From contig CAVNZM010000015.1 of the NCBI GenBank assembly GCA_963693365.1, positions 5,898,624 through 5,962,623 of the forward strand: a DNA stretch of 64,000 nt, read 5' to 3'. Below, piece after piece: positions 11,907 through 24,204 of this stretch. The notes beneath the pieces are model-generated. The model did no database searches, was not told where the DNA came from, and was given only the letters and a program-made list of their open reading frames with translations. This DNA comes from Amoebidium appalachense (lineage: Eukaryota > Protista > Ichthyosporea). The position numbers and the translations under genes were made by a program. How positions within the stretch are numbered: position 1 is the first letter of the stretch; the number at the start of each line of letters is the position of its first letter.

Positions 11907-13444
11907 CGGCCAGATGGTTGAGGGGTCCTGGTAGGTAGGATGCCTGTAACGTAAATTGGTATTGCATTTCCATGCGGGTGATGAACCGAATAAGTTTGGC
12001 CATCACGGGGTGGGGGGAAGACCGGGAGTGTAGGTCAGACACAGCATCCGTGTTGTCGCATAAAATACGGACATGGTGGGTGGACCAGGAGGGGGCCCAG
12101 AGGGCCACGGCGGCTGCGATGGCCAGGAGTTCAATGACGGAAGAACCGAGTTTACCCTCATGAGCATAGAGGGCTTGGGTGGAGGGGGACCAGGGCATGA
12201 AGAACCATTGGTCGAGCCAGTGGCCTCCTAGACCCACCGATCCGGCAGCATCGGTGGCCAGGGTGGTGTATGTGGGGGGTGTGATGAGGTGCACCCCATT
12301 CCATGATGTGAGGAACTGGTGCCATTCGGCTATGTCGGCCCGGGCGGCAGCAGTCAGTCGTATGTGGTGGTGGCCGGCAAGGTGTGGGTGGGTCCGGAGA
12401 AGGGCCCATAGGCGCTGGGAGAAGGCCCTCCCGGGGGGAACCAGCTGGGCACACCAGGTGAGTTTGCCGAGGAGGGACTGGAGGTCCCGAATGGTGATGG
12501 TGGGCTTTGGGTGGGAAGTGAGGTCGAGTAGGTCCGAGAGCTTGGAAGCCGGGATTCGTGCCTCCATGGTGATGGAGTCGAATTCGATACCGATGAAGAC
12601 GACACGGGTAGCCGGGCCCTGCATCTTGTCTTCGGAGATGGCAATGTGCAGCTCTCGGCAGAGTTGCAGGAAGGTGGATAGGTGACGTTGGCACTGCTCT
12701 TGTGTGGGGGCGACTATAATCCAGTCGTCTACGTAGTGGCGGATGAGGGTAATACCGTGCTGGTGTGCCAGCCACTGTAGGGTGGCCGCGATCCGTTCCC
12801 AGATGGCTGGGCTAGATTTCAGGCCGAAGGGCAGTCTGGTTTCAACGTAAAAATGCCCCAACCATTTGAATGCCATTAAGTGATGGTCTTCTGGTCGGAT
12901 GGGCATGTGCCGGAAGGCAGCCTGCACATCTGCCACGGCCATGTAGCAGCCGGGGCCTGCGTCGAGAATGAGCTGGGTGACGTCCCGGGCGCGAATGTAC
13001 TGAAGTTCGTCGGGGTAGGTGATGCTGTCATTGACACTGCTACCCCGGGGCCAGGAGAGGTGGTGGATTCGACGGTACTTGGGGGGGGTTCCCTTTCTTG
13101 GTAACGGCGCCGATGGGGGAGGAACGGTGGACCGGAAATTCGTCAAAGAATTGGGCCGGGGAGAGGGGGCCGCGCAGGTGGCCGAGGGCGACTTCTTTGG
13201 CAATATCCGCCGTGATAGCGGAAGCTGCCTCCGGGGTGGTGGGTAGGTTGGGGCCCACCCGAGAGGTGGAGGGCCCGCGATAGCCGATGTCGACACCGAA
13301 TTCGACATCGTGGAGGAGTTGTGCGGCGAATGATTGGTCTGGGTAGGAGGCCAGCAGTTCCCGGAGGCGGGAGGTGTCAATGCGGTGCTGGGGCAGCGGG
13401 CGGGCCTCCGGGTCTGAGCCTCGGGGGAAGGGGGTGGTTAGCAA
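11791..13444 (-). CDS. Reverse transcriptase/RNase H (Ngaro ORF2), 1-nt frameshift in G-run near 13085
   Basis: KYRRIHHLS, DVQAAFRH, LPFGLKSSP, YVDD; RNase H TDAAG, ELLAI, CDN, ADAISR. Split into ORFs 13040-13444 and 11791-13380. Confidence 0.93.
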
Positions 13445-13476
13445 GGGTGGTGTACCCTTGGGGAGATCCCGGCAGC

Positions 13477-13507
<31 letters not shown>

Positions 13508-13897
13508 CAGGGCCCCGGGGGGTTAGAGTAGGGCAGCTGGGCCCGAGTGAAGGTTGGCAGGGAGGGCAGCGGGGCCCTGTGCAGGGGAATGTGCCCGAGC
13601 ACGCGGGGGTGTGGGCGGACACAGAGGTAGAAGAAGGGGGGGGGAGGGAGTGCTAGGTGAGTGTAAGGGGGGGGAGGCTCGTGGGATGGGGGGGGGAGTA
13701 AAATTATGTGCAGTGGCCAGAATAAACGTCTTTGTGTAGGGACATTTATTCTTGACGCGCGCGGGCGCCGTAGTTTGGCCTGCGAAATTTTGTACTCAGC
13801 CCTATGGGCCCGTTCTCCCGAGCTCCGTTTCCCTGTACTCGTGTGTCCTAGCTCCTAACCCCTATGTTCTAGCTGTGTGTGTGGGTGTGCGCGTAGA

Positions 13898-15067
13898 CTA
13901 GGCATTGTGTTTGCAGTCTTTGCGGGGGTGTGTGCCAGAGCAGAGCGGGCACACGTGGGAGAAGGGGCAGGGCTGCTTAGCGCAGGACCGACCGTTAATG
14001 TGGAAATTCCTGCAGTGCGTCGCGGGTAGATCCACGGGTCGGGCCGGTTTTGCCGGGCCGGGTTGCGGGCCAGGGCGGTTAGGGGTTTGACCCCCGCCGG
14101 GCTTGTGGGGCGGCTTAAAGCCGTCAAGACCACAGCCGGGCTTGGGGTACATGGGGCAGGCCGCGCTGGGGTGGTCAGGGAAGCCACAGCGCTGACATGC
14201 GTCCGGGATGAGCAGAGTGGGTGGCAAGAGGAGATCCTGGTGGAGTTGGGCGAGCAGGTTGGGACACTCGATCGGAGCCCGACCCTGCTGGTGGGCAACG
14301 GTTCGGGCGTATACGTCATAGTTGTGGATCTGGGCCCACGGGTATCGGGTGCTGAGGCGAGTGATGTGCTGAGTCCAAAGTACGTCTTTGTCCGTGGGGA
14401 GGCCGAGGTGGTGCTTGGCGGCCATGTAATGGGTCCAAGCCTGGATCCAAATGACGAGTGAACGCAGGGGAACGGGTTTGTCTTGGCGAAAAGTCTCGAT
14501 GCTGCCGTCGTCGGCCATGCGCAGATGCTGACCTTTCTTGGATGGGGCCAGGAGGGCGGCGGGGGTGAACTTATACAGGTCGACGAAACGATTGGCACGC
14601 AAATCTGCCAGCACATCCGCGGGGGGAAGCGGGAGTGTGCCCGGCTGAATGTCGCCAGTGTTCTCACCTGTGATGGGGGGCGCGGGCAGGGCAGGTAGGT
14701 CTAGGTCAGGGCCGAGATGCAGCCCCGGGGAAACCTCCCCGGGTGCGGAGGGCGCGGCGGGGGGCGCGGGAGGGTCGCGGTTGGTGAGAGCAGCCAGGAC
14801 GCCAGCCATCTGGGTGCTGATGGCGGTAAGGGCGGCAAGGACGGCGTCTTGAGAAGTCATCTGCGGGGACGGCGGGGCCTGAGGGGGGACTTCAGGAGGG
14901 GAGGGGAGACTAGCCGGCGGGTCCGGGTCCGAGGTGGTCTGGGCCGCTGGAGGCGCGTCAGTGTCCGGGGGAGCGTTGGTCAGCCTGTGGCGGAGGTCGC
15001 TGCGGGTCAGGCGCTTGGGTGCCGCGGCAGGGGCAGTGGCTGAGGCCTGGCGCTTTTTCGGCGGCAT
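13898..15067 (-). CDS. Gag-like protein (Ngaro ORF1), 389 aa
   Basis: N-terminal NLS-like MPPKKR; CQRCGFPDHPSAAC knuckle; C-terminal CRNFH..C....C.FSH.C..C...H....C zinc-finger cluster as in DIRS/Ngaro gag. Confidence 0.88.
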   Translation of the reverse strand: MPPKKRQASATAPAAAPKRLTRSDLRHRLTNAPPDTDAPPAAQTTSDPDPPASLPSPPEVPPQAPPSPQMTSQDAVLAALTAISTQMAGVLAALTNRDPPAPPAAPSAPGEVSPGLHLGPDLDLPALPAPPITGENTGDIQPGTLPLPPADVLADLRANRFVDLYKFTPAALLAPSKKGQHLRMADDGSIETFRQDKPVPLRSLVIWIQAWTHYMAAKHHLGLPTDKDVLWTQHITRLSTRYPWAQIHNYDVYARTVAHQQGRAPIECPNLLAQLHQDLLLPPTLLIPDACQRCGFPDHPSAACPMYPKPGCGLDGFKPPHKPGGGQTPNRPGPQPGPAKPARPVDLPATHCRNFHINGRSCAKQPCPFSHVCPLCSGTHPRKDCKHNA

Positions 15068-15950
15068 GCTGACCGGCGTACGGAAAGATAGGGAGAGTGA
15101 AAAGAAAATATAGCTGTAAAGCTGTAGGTGCTAAACACAGAAGATGTGTTGTTGCCTGCTGATCTGCTAAAAACTGTCGTGCTTATATACCTACGGCTAC
15201 CGAACTGAGCCAATCAAAACCGATCTAGTGTTATGTGAAATCTTATCCTGAGCCAATCAGACTCGGTCTAGTGATCTGTGGAATCTGATGTTTTGATCGG
15301 CTAATAGGTGCCCGTATGCGGGCAGCCGAACGCGAACTGCTAAAACATGAAACAAAGCCTGTTGATATCGGACACCCATCCTACGTGTTTACCCAGAAAA
15401 ATATTTATGTCAATAATTTCCACAAATAAAACCATAATGCATCTTACACACATCTATATAATATGTATCGGTATCTCTCATAGACATCCTGTAGAATGAG
15501 TGCAGACGTCTTTAGGACATCTGTTAACTACACCATGTTCCCGGATGATAACAATATGTCCTCAATCCGTCCAGGATATCTTTAAGACGTAATAGTCCAG
15601 AAAATTCGAAAGACGTCTTTAATATATCCCGTATGCATCCGCAACCCATCGGACAATTTAAAGGGGGGTTAAGGACATCCGGACTTGTGCTGATGGGTAT
15701 AAGTGCACTTCCAGGTGTCTGTATGACATCTTGTCAGACGACTTTACTACGTCTTTAAGATGTCCACTGTCTTGAACCCATGCCAGACGTATTTAATATA
15801 TATGGGATGTGTTTCAGACGCCTTGCCATCCTGAAATTCCGGGTTATCCTAAACCCGTCCTAAGCTATCTTTTAGATATATTAACGACGATAGGACGTCC
15901 TAAAGTCGTACAGGACAGGTTTCGGATGGGGGGTGATCTTTGCTGATGTA

Positions 15951-16682
15951 GCCCGCCACATAGTAACAGTAAGCCAAGCTCCCAAAAGAGCGACCGCGAG
16001 CCGGACACGACACGTGTGTACGCGTGTGTTGTGTTCCATCGATGCCGAGCTTCGCACCCGACGTCGCCGTGAAAGGATGGACCACAAGGAGATTTACATT
16101 GTCAATCCCATAGAAAACATAGCGGGTACCCACTTCTTCGATGGCGACTGCACTGAATATGGCAGGGAATTTCAAAGCCCAACCTCGGTTTGCACAACGT
16201 GCAATTCCAAGGGTACGGTGCGGGGCAACGTTTTAATACTTCCTAGAATTCTCTTCGTCCACATGTCAGTGCAATCCGTGCCGCCTGTTCATGTCATGAA
16301 TTGCGTAAACTTTATGGGGCGCCAATACCATCTTGCCTACATTGGTCTTCACAAATCAGGTCACTTTTTCGGTGTGGCACCCGCATTCACATGGAAAAAC
16401 GGGAGACCATATCATCTCCACTGCGACGGTTTCGGTATGACCACGGAAAAACCAGACACTGGGCTATGGGAGAGCAACACGGGACCTACCAATGTCTCTG
16501 TCCAAATGTCTCGGGAAGGTGGCGAGTGCGAAGGCTGGTGCCCATTATATGTTAAGTTGAATTGGGCACGCATCAAGGATGTGCATCTTAACTTCATGGT
16601 GTATGTGCCCGCGCAGGAACCACTGTTAGGCGTGGGCTCCCGCAAACTGACGTATGCTAAGTCAACTGTGGATGTAGTGTAG
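15951..16682 (+). pseudogene. C-terminal half of USP-like cysteine peptidase (His/Asp boxes)
   Basis: CTTC...LPRILFVH...FMGRQYHLAYIGLHKSGHFFG...NGRPYHLHCDG resembles USP CxxC / LP.IL / Y.L..V..H.G..GHY / W..FND motifs. Confidence 0.5.
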
Positions 16683-16717
16683 ACGACCTTGAGGATATCG
16701 GAGTTTTTTTCTTTTTT

Positions 16718-16759
<42 letters not shown>

Positions 16760-18673
16760 CTTTTTTGGTTTTTTCCGCTGCCAACATGCCATTATCGTTT
16801 GAACTGGAATGAAGGACATAATGCCTGCTCGTATTTAAATACACAATGAGTGTGCTGGTTGCATGCTGTCTGGATTTATTTCATGTAGGTGTATAAGTAT
16901 AATATCAAGATTGAAAATTATGCATAGAAGATATTTACGAATATAACATTGAATTGGCTGCTGTGTATGGTCCTTCAACGTAGTGACAACTAAAACATGC
17001 AAAATATATATGCTGACCGCCGGCGGCGGGGTTTTATTCCATGTGAGCGGTACTTAGTCTATGTGAACCCAATTTAACATTGTGACGTAAGAATGATTAA
17101 GAATACAAGATGATTACGACTATATTATAATGGTGTATTATGGATTCTGTAACGTGTAAATGCAATGGCGATAAATACATACAAACCACATGATACTACA
17201 CCATTTCATCAGTTGCAACATGTTGGTAAAATCCTGCTGTCAGTGGCCATGATTTCTTTTCGACCAACACACAAAGCTACAAGCTCAGGACACTTTAATG
17301 ATTATACCACAACCCCCCCCCCCCCCTCCCCCCCCCCTGGTCCCCCCCCCGAACACATCATTTGCACCAAGAGCATAAAAAACTGGTAACAGTAGACATG
17401 ATTTTTTCCCCAACACATGTCATAAGCTAATAGGCACGACAATGATTGTTTATTACGCACACACAGTTTCTAACACCCACCACGTCATACAAACCCACTG
17501 ACCCCCCCCATGTCACCCAGGGTAGTAGGGGGGAGGGGGGGGGGGGGAGGAGGGGGGGGGTGCATTTTGGCCTGCCCGATATTCCCCCTAGACCAGCCAA
17601 ATTTGACGTCCTGTATTTTAATTAGAGGTGACGACACTTTGGCCTGGACGACACTTTGGCCTGCAACAGGGGGGAGGGGATAGAAAGAAAAACTGCTTGT
17701 GGGTCACTGTTTTTCGTCACTGTATTTGTAACGGGCCGCTCATATTTATATAACTACTTTAAGTACACGTGTTCATTATCATATACGATGGCCAAATATA
17801 GAAATTTTGGCGTCGAAGTTCTTGGAGCTAAAAAAACGTTTAAAAGGGGGAAATAATAGCTTGGCCCCAAATTTACCTTGCCGTTGTTAGCGAATGTATT
17901 TTTTATTCATGAGTTCTAGTAATTCAGTGAGTGCACGTGCCTGCCTCAGGCCAGATCATGACATTGTCAACTGCAACACACCATTCCTAAATGGATATCA
18001 ACCAAAAGAAAATAGTATATACTGTGGTGGTCTCCTAAACCTTGTGCGGCATGCGCATACATGATATTACAGTGACACACGTGCATATTATTGTTCTGTA
18101 CACCGGAGTGTGGTGCACGTGGCTGTTTTGTGCACATGTTACAATAGCAGCACGATCTCCCTAAACTCCATGTTTACACATCCCTCACCCTGGCTCTGCC
18201 TTGTCGGTGCTCCAAAACACACACACAAATCCCCCTAGACTCAGTGCCTGCACATGGTCGCATTCACGTGCAGGTCACGTGACACATGCAATGCCATACT
18301 GCCGTCTACAGCAACAACCACGGCAGCATGTATACCGGCCCAGCACGAAATATACTTATCGGCAGCCCACTGAACTCGCCCATTTTCTCTTTTTCATGTA
18401 TGACCCTCCTTTTTTGTGAAATCACCCTTTTTGGCCTCCCGGTTGTGGATTTTGCAGGATTTGACTTCTTTGAGGTCCAAAAACCTCAAATTTTCCCCGG
18501 CGGGGCCGGGGAGGGAGAATTCAAAAATTGCCCGCTCCTGATATGGTACCCAAAATAATCAGTCAAGCGATCGCCGAGCAATAAATCCGAATCAACCCTT
18601 GACCCAATGAAATCCATTTTCTGTAATTGATCCGATAAAGATAAGTGAAGCCCAATCAAACCGAAGGAGATCG

Positions 18674-18724
18674 GCTGTGACCAAGGCCTCCTAAATGTGC
18701 TATTTAGGAGGCCTTGGCTGTGAC
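18674..18724. mobile_element. Probable P-element excision footprint (35-bp palindrome between 8-bp direct repeats)
   Basis: GCTGTGAC | CAAGGCCTCCTAAAT GTGCT ATTTAGGAGGCCTTG | GCTGTGAC. Confidence 0.7.
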
Positions 18725-18942
18725 GCAGTTCTGACGACAAAGTTCCGGCTTTAAGGAAAAAAAAAAAAAAAAAAAAAAAAAGAAAGGAGACACCGCCTCT
18801 GTAGGTGGTAGAGAATTAATATCAATTTATGTATATTTTATTCCTCGGAAAGATCTTACAGAATTTGAGAACGAACGAACGGCACATGATAATGTCGTCT
18901 GACATCAGAGTTGAGTGACATGCAGTTTCACAGATTTCAGAC

Positions 18943-19501
18943 ATGGCCAGCCCTTCTGCAAGTACTTTCCAAGTTATGCTGGAAAGCTTCAAGAAAAGTA
19001 CTCCGGTCGTTGGAACATGGGTAGGAATTGCTGCAGCAATTGTCGCATGCACCATCTACGTGGAGCACGGCAGGGGTGAGGTGGCCCGGCTGCGAAGCTG
19101 GGATGGAGCTGAAGGAGAAGCTGAAGGAGAAGCAGGAGGAAGAGAGGGAGGCCCGGCTGCGAAGCGGAATGGAGCTGAAGGAGAAGCTGAAGGAGAAGCA
19201 GGAGGAAGAGAGGGAGGCCCGGCTAGCCGGGCTGCGAAGCGAAATGGAGCTGAAGGAGAAGCTGAAGGAAGAGAGGGAGAAGCTGAAAGAGAAGCAGGAG
19301 GAAGAAAGGGAGAAGCTGAAAGCGAAACTGCATGAGAGGGACATGCAGCTCCAGGCTAAGGAGATTGAGACATCACGTGCAAGGTCCCTGGTGGACACGT
19401 GGAACGCCCTTGTGCGCACCGGGCTGTCGGCTGACTACCCGTTCAAGAAAAACGCCACAGACCAAGCATCACAGTTGCCCAGTGTGCAAACAACTAAATG
19501 A
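18943..19501 (+). pseudogene. N-terminal transmembrane + coiled-coil repeat protein with +1 frameshift near 19099
   Basis: MASPS...VGTWVGIAAAIVACTIYV (hydrophobic) then, in another frame, 69-bp repeats ELKEKLKEKQEEEREARLRS. First unit reads CGAAGCTGGGATG vs CGAAGCGGAATG in the next (one extra base). Confidence 0.6.
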
Positions 19502-20210
19502 TTGAGGTATTGAGGTATTGAGGGGTTGAGGAGTTGTACGTGCATTTCTGCTGTATTTACCATACATGGTGCTAAGTGCTTGTATAGCCGTTAGGAATCA
19601 TTATGAGCTCACCACCATTTATTCATGTATTGACCAGTCATCGAAATTCCCTGTCCCCATGTGGTTCACAGCAAATGTGTGCACTTGCGTCACGCAGACT
19701 GTCTGTTCAATAGAAGCTACCTTGCCCACTTCCCCAGTACTGGTGGGCACTGAGGCTTTTGGGGATATCTCGTACTCGACATTAAAATTATTCATGCTCG
19801 ATATGACCATTTGTGCCGGGGATCTGAGCTGACATTCATACGCCATTATGACCATATATGGTACGCACTGATACACACCACCATCATGATTTATGGTTAT
19901 ATTTCATTCTGATATTCATACTTATTAGCCAATATCACCAGCAAAAACGAACATCACCACTAGAGTTTTTCTCGTTAGATCCGATTTACATACATATAAG
20001 GTCATTCATGCCCTCCAGGCTATTTAGGGTAATCCACGCCACCACTTCCAAATATGGTAAGCATGGCATCTTAGCATTTCTCAGCTACCCGCAGTTTGGC
20101 AGATCGTGCACGTGGGTTGGCGGTGATTTCTGAATGGCTGGGAACAATGGGTTTGCGGGTGATCTCTTTGAAGCGGTGTTGGTCCGGCTGCAGTGGGTGG
20201 GTTGTAGTAG

Positions 20211-20248
<38 letters not shown>

Positions 20249-20928
20249 GTGCGTGTACGTGTGCGTGTGTGTGTGTGCACGCTGCACATTGGCCTGTTTT
20301 CTGCCTTGTGTGTTATGGGTGTGTGCGTTTGAAGGGAAGAGAGAGGGGGGGGGGGGGGGGGGGGGATTTTGAGACTTGAGCGCCACGTCTGCAATTCACG
20401 GCCATGTTTTACCGCCCCACACATAAACCAAAGGGGTGGCATGCCATATTCCCCAAAACATACAGGAAGTAAGCTGTGAGAGTGTTCTTTTGGGGGGGAT
20501 TAGGAATGATGTGAGAATAAGATGACAAGGGAAGGTGCCGGGACAGACGAGAGGAGGAACAAAAGGGTGACACCCACACTGAACGCACATGAACCCAAGC
20601 ACAGAAACCATGTGTGCATTGTATGCTATCTCCGTATGAGTAGTGTGGTATTCTCTTTGCGTATGAAGTGTGAAGAACATAAGGGGTTAAACAGGAAAGC
20701 ATTGACATGCTAAGTTGTACTGTTTCCTAGTGGGGTGGGGTGGGTGAGTGGGTTACGTGCAATGAAAACCCGAGGGGGGTGGGGGGTTTGGGGGGTGGGG
20801 GGGGGGGGGGGGGGGGGGGGGGGCTCTTACCACAAATTGTGCGTAAATACTTTTTACGATCGAGTCTTCTCCGGAGTGGAACGAAATAACTGGGGTGAAG
20901 GTGTGTCGAAGGGGGGGGGGGGGGGGGT

Positions 20929-21767
20929 TGAATGCGGAACACAGTACGAAGTACGCATAGACGATGAGAAGCATGATGCAGGACACATGCAAAGGCAAAC
21001 ATTCAAGTATGCAGCATCAGCCATGCGCACAGTATGCGTCATAAGCAGAGCCCATCCTCAGGGAGGGCCCAAGTCATCAATTGCGTCTGAGTTTCGACCC
21101 CTTAGCCCGCGTATATACGACGCTCCAACTCAGACAGCAGCATCAACTGAACTTGGGTGGGTCAACCCGTCTTGATCAAAGACGAGCAGGGTTGCTTATG
21201 CAAGCAAGGTGAGCAAAACGGTGAAGATGTGTGTGCAAACTAATGCAGTGCAGCGACAAACGCGTATGTGCTTACAGATGCACGACACAGAGCAACCATG
21301 CCCGGTTGCATGGAAGTAAAGATGTCTCCACACAGTGGTCTGTCCTGAAAGGACACCTCTGAAAGAAGACAGGGGGGGTTTGAATGCGGAACACAGTACG
21401 AAGTACGCATAGACGATGAGAAGCATGATGCAGGACACATGCAAAGGCAAACATTCAAGTATGCAGCATCAGCCATGCGCACAGTATGCGTCATAAGCAG
21501 AGCCCATCCTCAGGGAGGGCCCAAGTCATCAATTGCGTCTGAGTTTCGACCCCTTAGCCCGCGTATATACGACGCTCCAACTCAGACAGCAGCATCAACT
21601 GAACTTGGGTGGGTCAACCCGTCTTGATCAAAGACGAGCAGGGTTGCTTATGCAAGCAAGGTGAGCAAAACGGTGAAGATGTGTGTGCAAACTAATGCAG
21701 TGCAGCGACAAACGCGTATGTGCTTACAGATGCACGACACAGAGCAACCATGCCCGGTTGCATGGAA
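20929..21767. repeat. 452-bp-period tandem duplication inside a METTL15 intron
   Basis: TGAATGCGGAACACAG...CCCGGTTGCATGGAAG at 20929-21317 and 21381-21767. Confidence 0.92.
21040..21200 (-). ncRNA. Candidate structured RNA (multibranch fold); identical copy at 21492-21652
   Basis: Closing stem CATAAGCA/TGCTTATG enclosing three hairpins, one with CCCAAGT/ACTTGGG, TCAGTTG/CAATTGA and GTCTGAGTT/AACTCAGAC helices. Identity unknown. Confidence 0.35.
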
Positions 21768-21771
21768 GGAT

Positions 21772-21802
<31 letters not shown>

Positions 21803-22015
21803 TGTGTGTGTGTTTGTGTTTGTGTATGTGTATGTGTTTGGGGGGGAGGGGGGGGGTTAGAAAACACCATCTTGGTCGACTCATGTGTGAAACAATTGCC
21901 TTTGTTGTCCTAATCTCATTTCAGGTCAAAGGAAGGTTTCTGGTTTCAAAGTAGTATACTTCTTCCTTGCCTGCTGGGTGTGTGCGACCTTTTTATTTTT
22001 TTTTTATTTTATTTT

Positions 22016-22047
<32 letters not shown>

Positions 22048-22653
22048 GGGGGGGTTGTTTGGAAGATTCATGTTCGTGTCCATGTAACCAGACTCTGTTG
22101 GTAGCAGTGACGTAGAGCCCCCCCCCTCCCCCCCCCCCCCCCCCCCCCCAACAGACACACAAACACAGACACACACAGACGCACGCACATACACACACAC
22201 ACATTAAAAAAAACAAAAAGAAAAAGGAAAATCTAAAATACCTAATATATTATTGTTATTAGATACAGAGACAGACGTACAAGCACACAAATGCACGCAC
22301 AAGAATACAAACAGGCAGACACACACACACCCAAGAACACACACAAGGAAACACAAGCACCCTATTCCCAACCACCCCCCCAGCTGAATGATCAGGCCAC
22401 CACCAAATGCCCTCCTCGTTCCTCTGTTTGGCTCCTCTCTTACACTTCTCCCCAAGGCACACACCTGCCATCATATATAGTCATCCTACCTTATTTCTGC
22501 CCCCTTTTATCCCTCACACTCCCCATCCCCCCCCCTTGGCGAATACACTAATACACATGCAAGCACATATGTGCGTAAAGACACACACGATCGCTCTCTC
22601 ACACACACACAGACACACACACACACACACACACATCCAAACAGAGGCACAAG

Positions 22654-22684
<31 letters not shown>

Positions 22685-23064
22685 AGAGAGGGGGGGGGGG
22701 GGGGGGGGATATACCAGCCAGTCTCCCCCCCACATCCAAAAGACTTGATGCCGCATCTAGTGCTTTCTCCAGCTCACTCGCCTGCAACCCATACCCTCAC
22801 TCAGTGAAAACAAATCCAAATCTCGCCAACCATCCCCACCTCCCCCCCCTCCCCCCAACCCGGAAAAAAAAAATCCTCTGCTGCAAACAAGGAAAGGGGA
22901 GAAGGCGCGGCAACACACAGTGCCTTCCACACTCCACACACGTCTTTTTTGACTAAACAAAAAGAGGAAGAAGTGTGGGTGAAGAGATATCTCTATTCTG
23001 ATGGTTGAGGTTTTTGGGTAAATGCACATTGGTGTGTGCTTGCCTGCATGCAAGTACATGGAAG

Positions 23065-23109
<45 letters not shown>

Positions 23110-23355
23110 ATGTGCATGTGTGTGTGTGTGCGTGTACGTGTGTGTGTGTGTACGTGTGTGTGTGTGTGTGTGTGCGCGCACACACGCGTGTGTGTGCGTG
23201 TGTGCGCACGAGTGTGTGTCACGCGTGTGTGTGCGTGTGTGCGCACGAGTGTGTGTGAGCTTGTGTGTGTGTGTGGGGGGGGGGGGGGGGGGGGGGGGGG
23301 AGGGGGGTGCATGTGTGTGTGCGTGTGTGCATGTGCGTGCGTGCGTGTGTCTGCG

Positions 23356-23486
<131 letters not shown>

Positions 23487-23965
23487 GTGCCTATGCATGT
23501 GTTGCAGACATTATGCCTCCGGGAACACTTCCAAAAAATACTGGGGCATTACGCCAAGTTATGTTCAAACACGTTTTATAGTGTAGGAGAATGCACGTGC
23601 ACTTGAATGTATTAACAGAATTGAACACACCCTATCTATGGTATTCATATGGTCTGGGAGCATGGGCACAGAGCCGGGCAAGGGGGCGAGAGTAGGGTAG
23701 GGGAGGAGGGGAGGTTGGCGGGCCGGGGGGGGGCTGCAAATACCTCATCGTTGACAAGAATGCCCAGGGCTTGAAATGTTTTTGTTGCGGGGTGAAGAAC
23801 AAACATCCCTGCGTGGGCATGTTGTGGGCGATCTTATCTTCCCCCCCCTTCTCCCCTCCCCCCTCCCCCCCTCCTTCCCCCATACACACCCCATCCCTCA
23901 CGGGTGCACACACCCACACACGTGCACACACGTTCTTTCCTCTCTTCAGCCCCCCACCCCCCCTC

Positions 23966-24003
<38 letters not shown>

Positions 24004-24204
24004 TTCTTCCTCTCTCATAAAACGAACCCATTCAAAAAACGCATCGTCCCAGCCACCACCACCACCGCACGCAAAAACTGACCTGAAGGAACCAATCAGA
24101 GTCGATCCCCCTAGACCTACCTATTATTTTTATCTGTATAAGGTTGGTTGTGGCTAGAGTGGGTGGGTGGGTGGTTGTGCAGGTGTGTGCTTTTGCATAA
24201 TTTT

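Larger units (their letters stand above)
10028..15433 (-). mobile_element. Ngaro-type tyrosine-recombinase retrotransposon, copy 1 (full length)
   Basis: Split direct repeats A1 15097-15433, B1 10584-10672, A2 10247-10583, B2 10028-10116. Termini GGTTTTATTTG...TTTCATAGA. gag, RT/RNaseH and YR ORFs; no TSD. Confidence 0.95.
765..15948. mobile_element. Large non-autonomous TIR DNA transposon (CMC/EnSpm-like or other TA-targeting family) with nested insertions
   Basis: Left end TA|CATCAGCAAACATC; right end GATCTTTGCTGATG|TA (reverse complement CATCAGCAAAGATC). TA duplication at 763-764 and 15949-15950. Arms (765-1610; 9075-10010 plus 15434-15948) are rich in short GACATC/GATATC/TTAAGA motifs. 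No transposase seen. Confidence 0.6.

Noticed and set aside
11170-13300. Extra sense/antisense ORFs within Ngaro pol/YR in all copies
   Set aside because: Shadow frames of GC-rich coding DNA; recurrence only reflects near-identical copies.
24083-24122. Candidate missing METTL15 exon ending CAG|GTCAGT
   Set aside because: No acceptor gives a stop-free frame with the needed phases, and there is no RsmH similarity.
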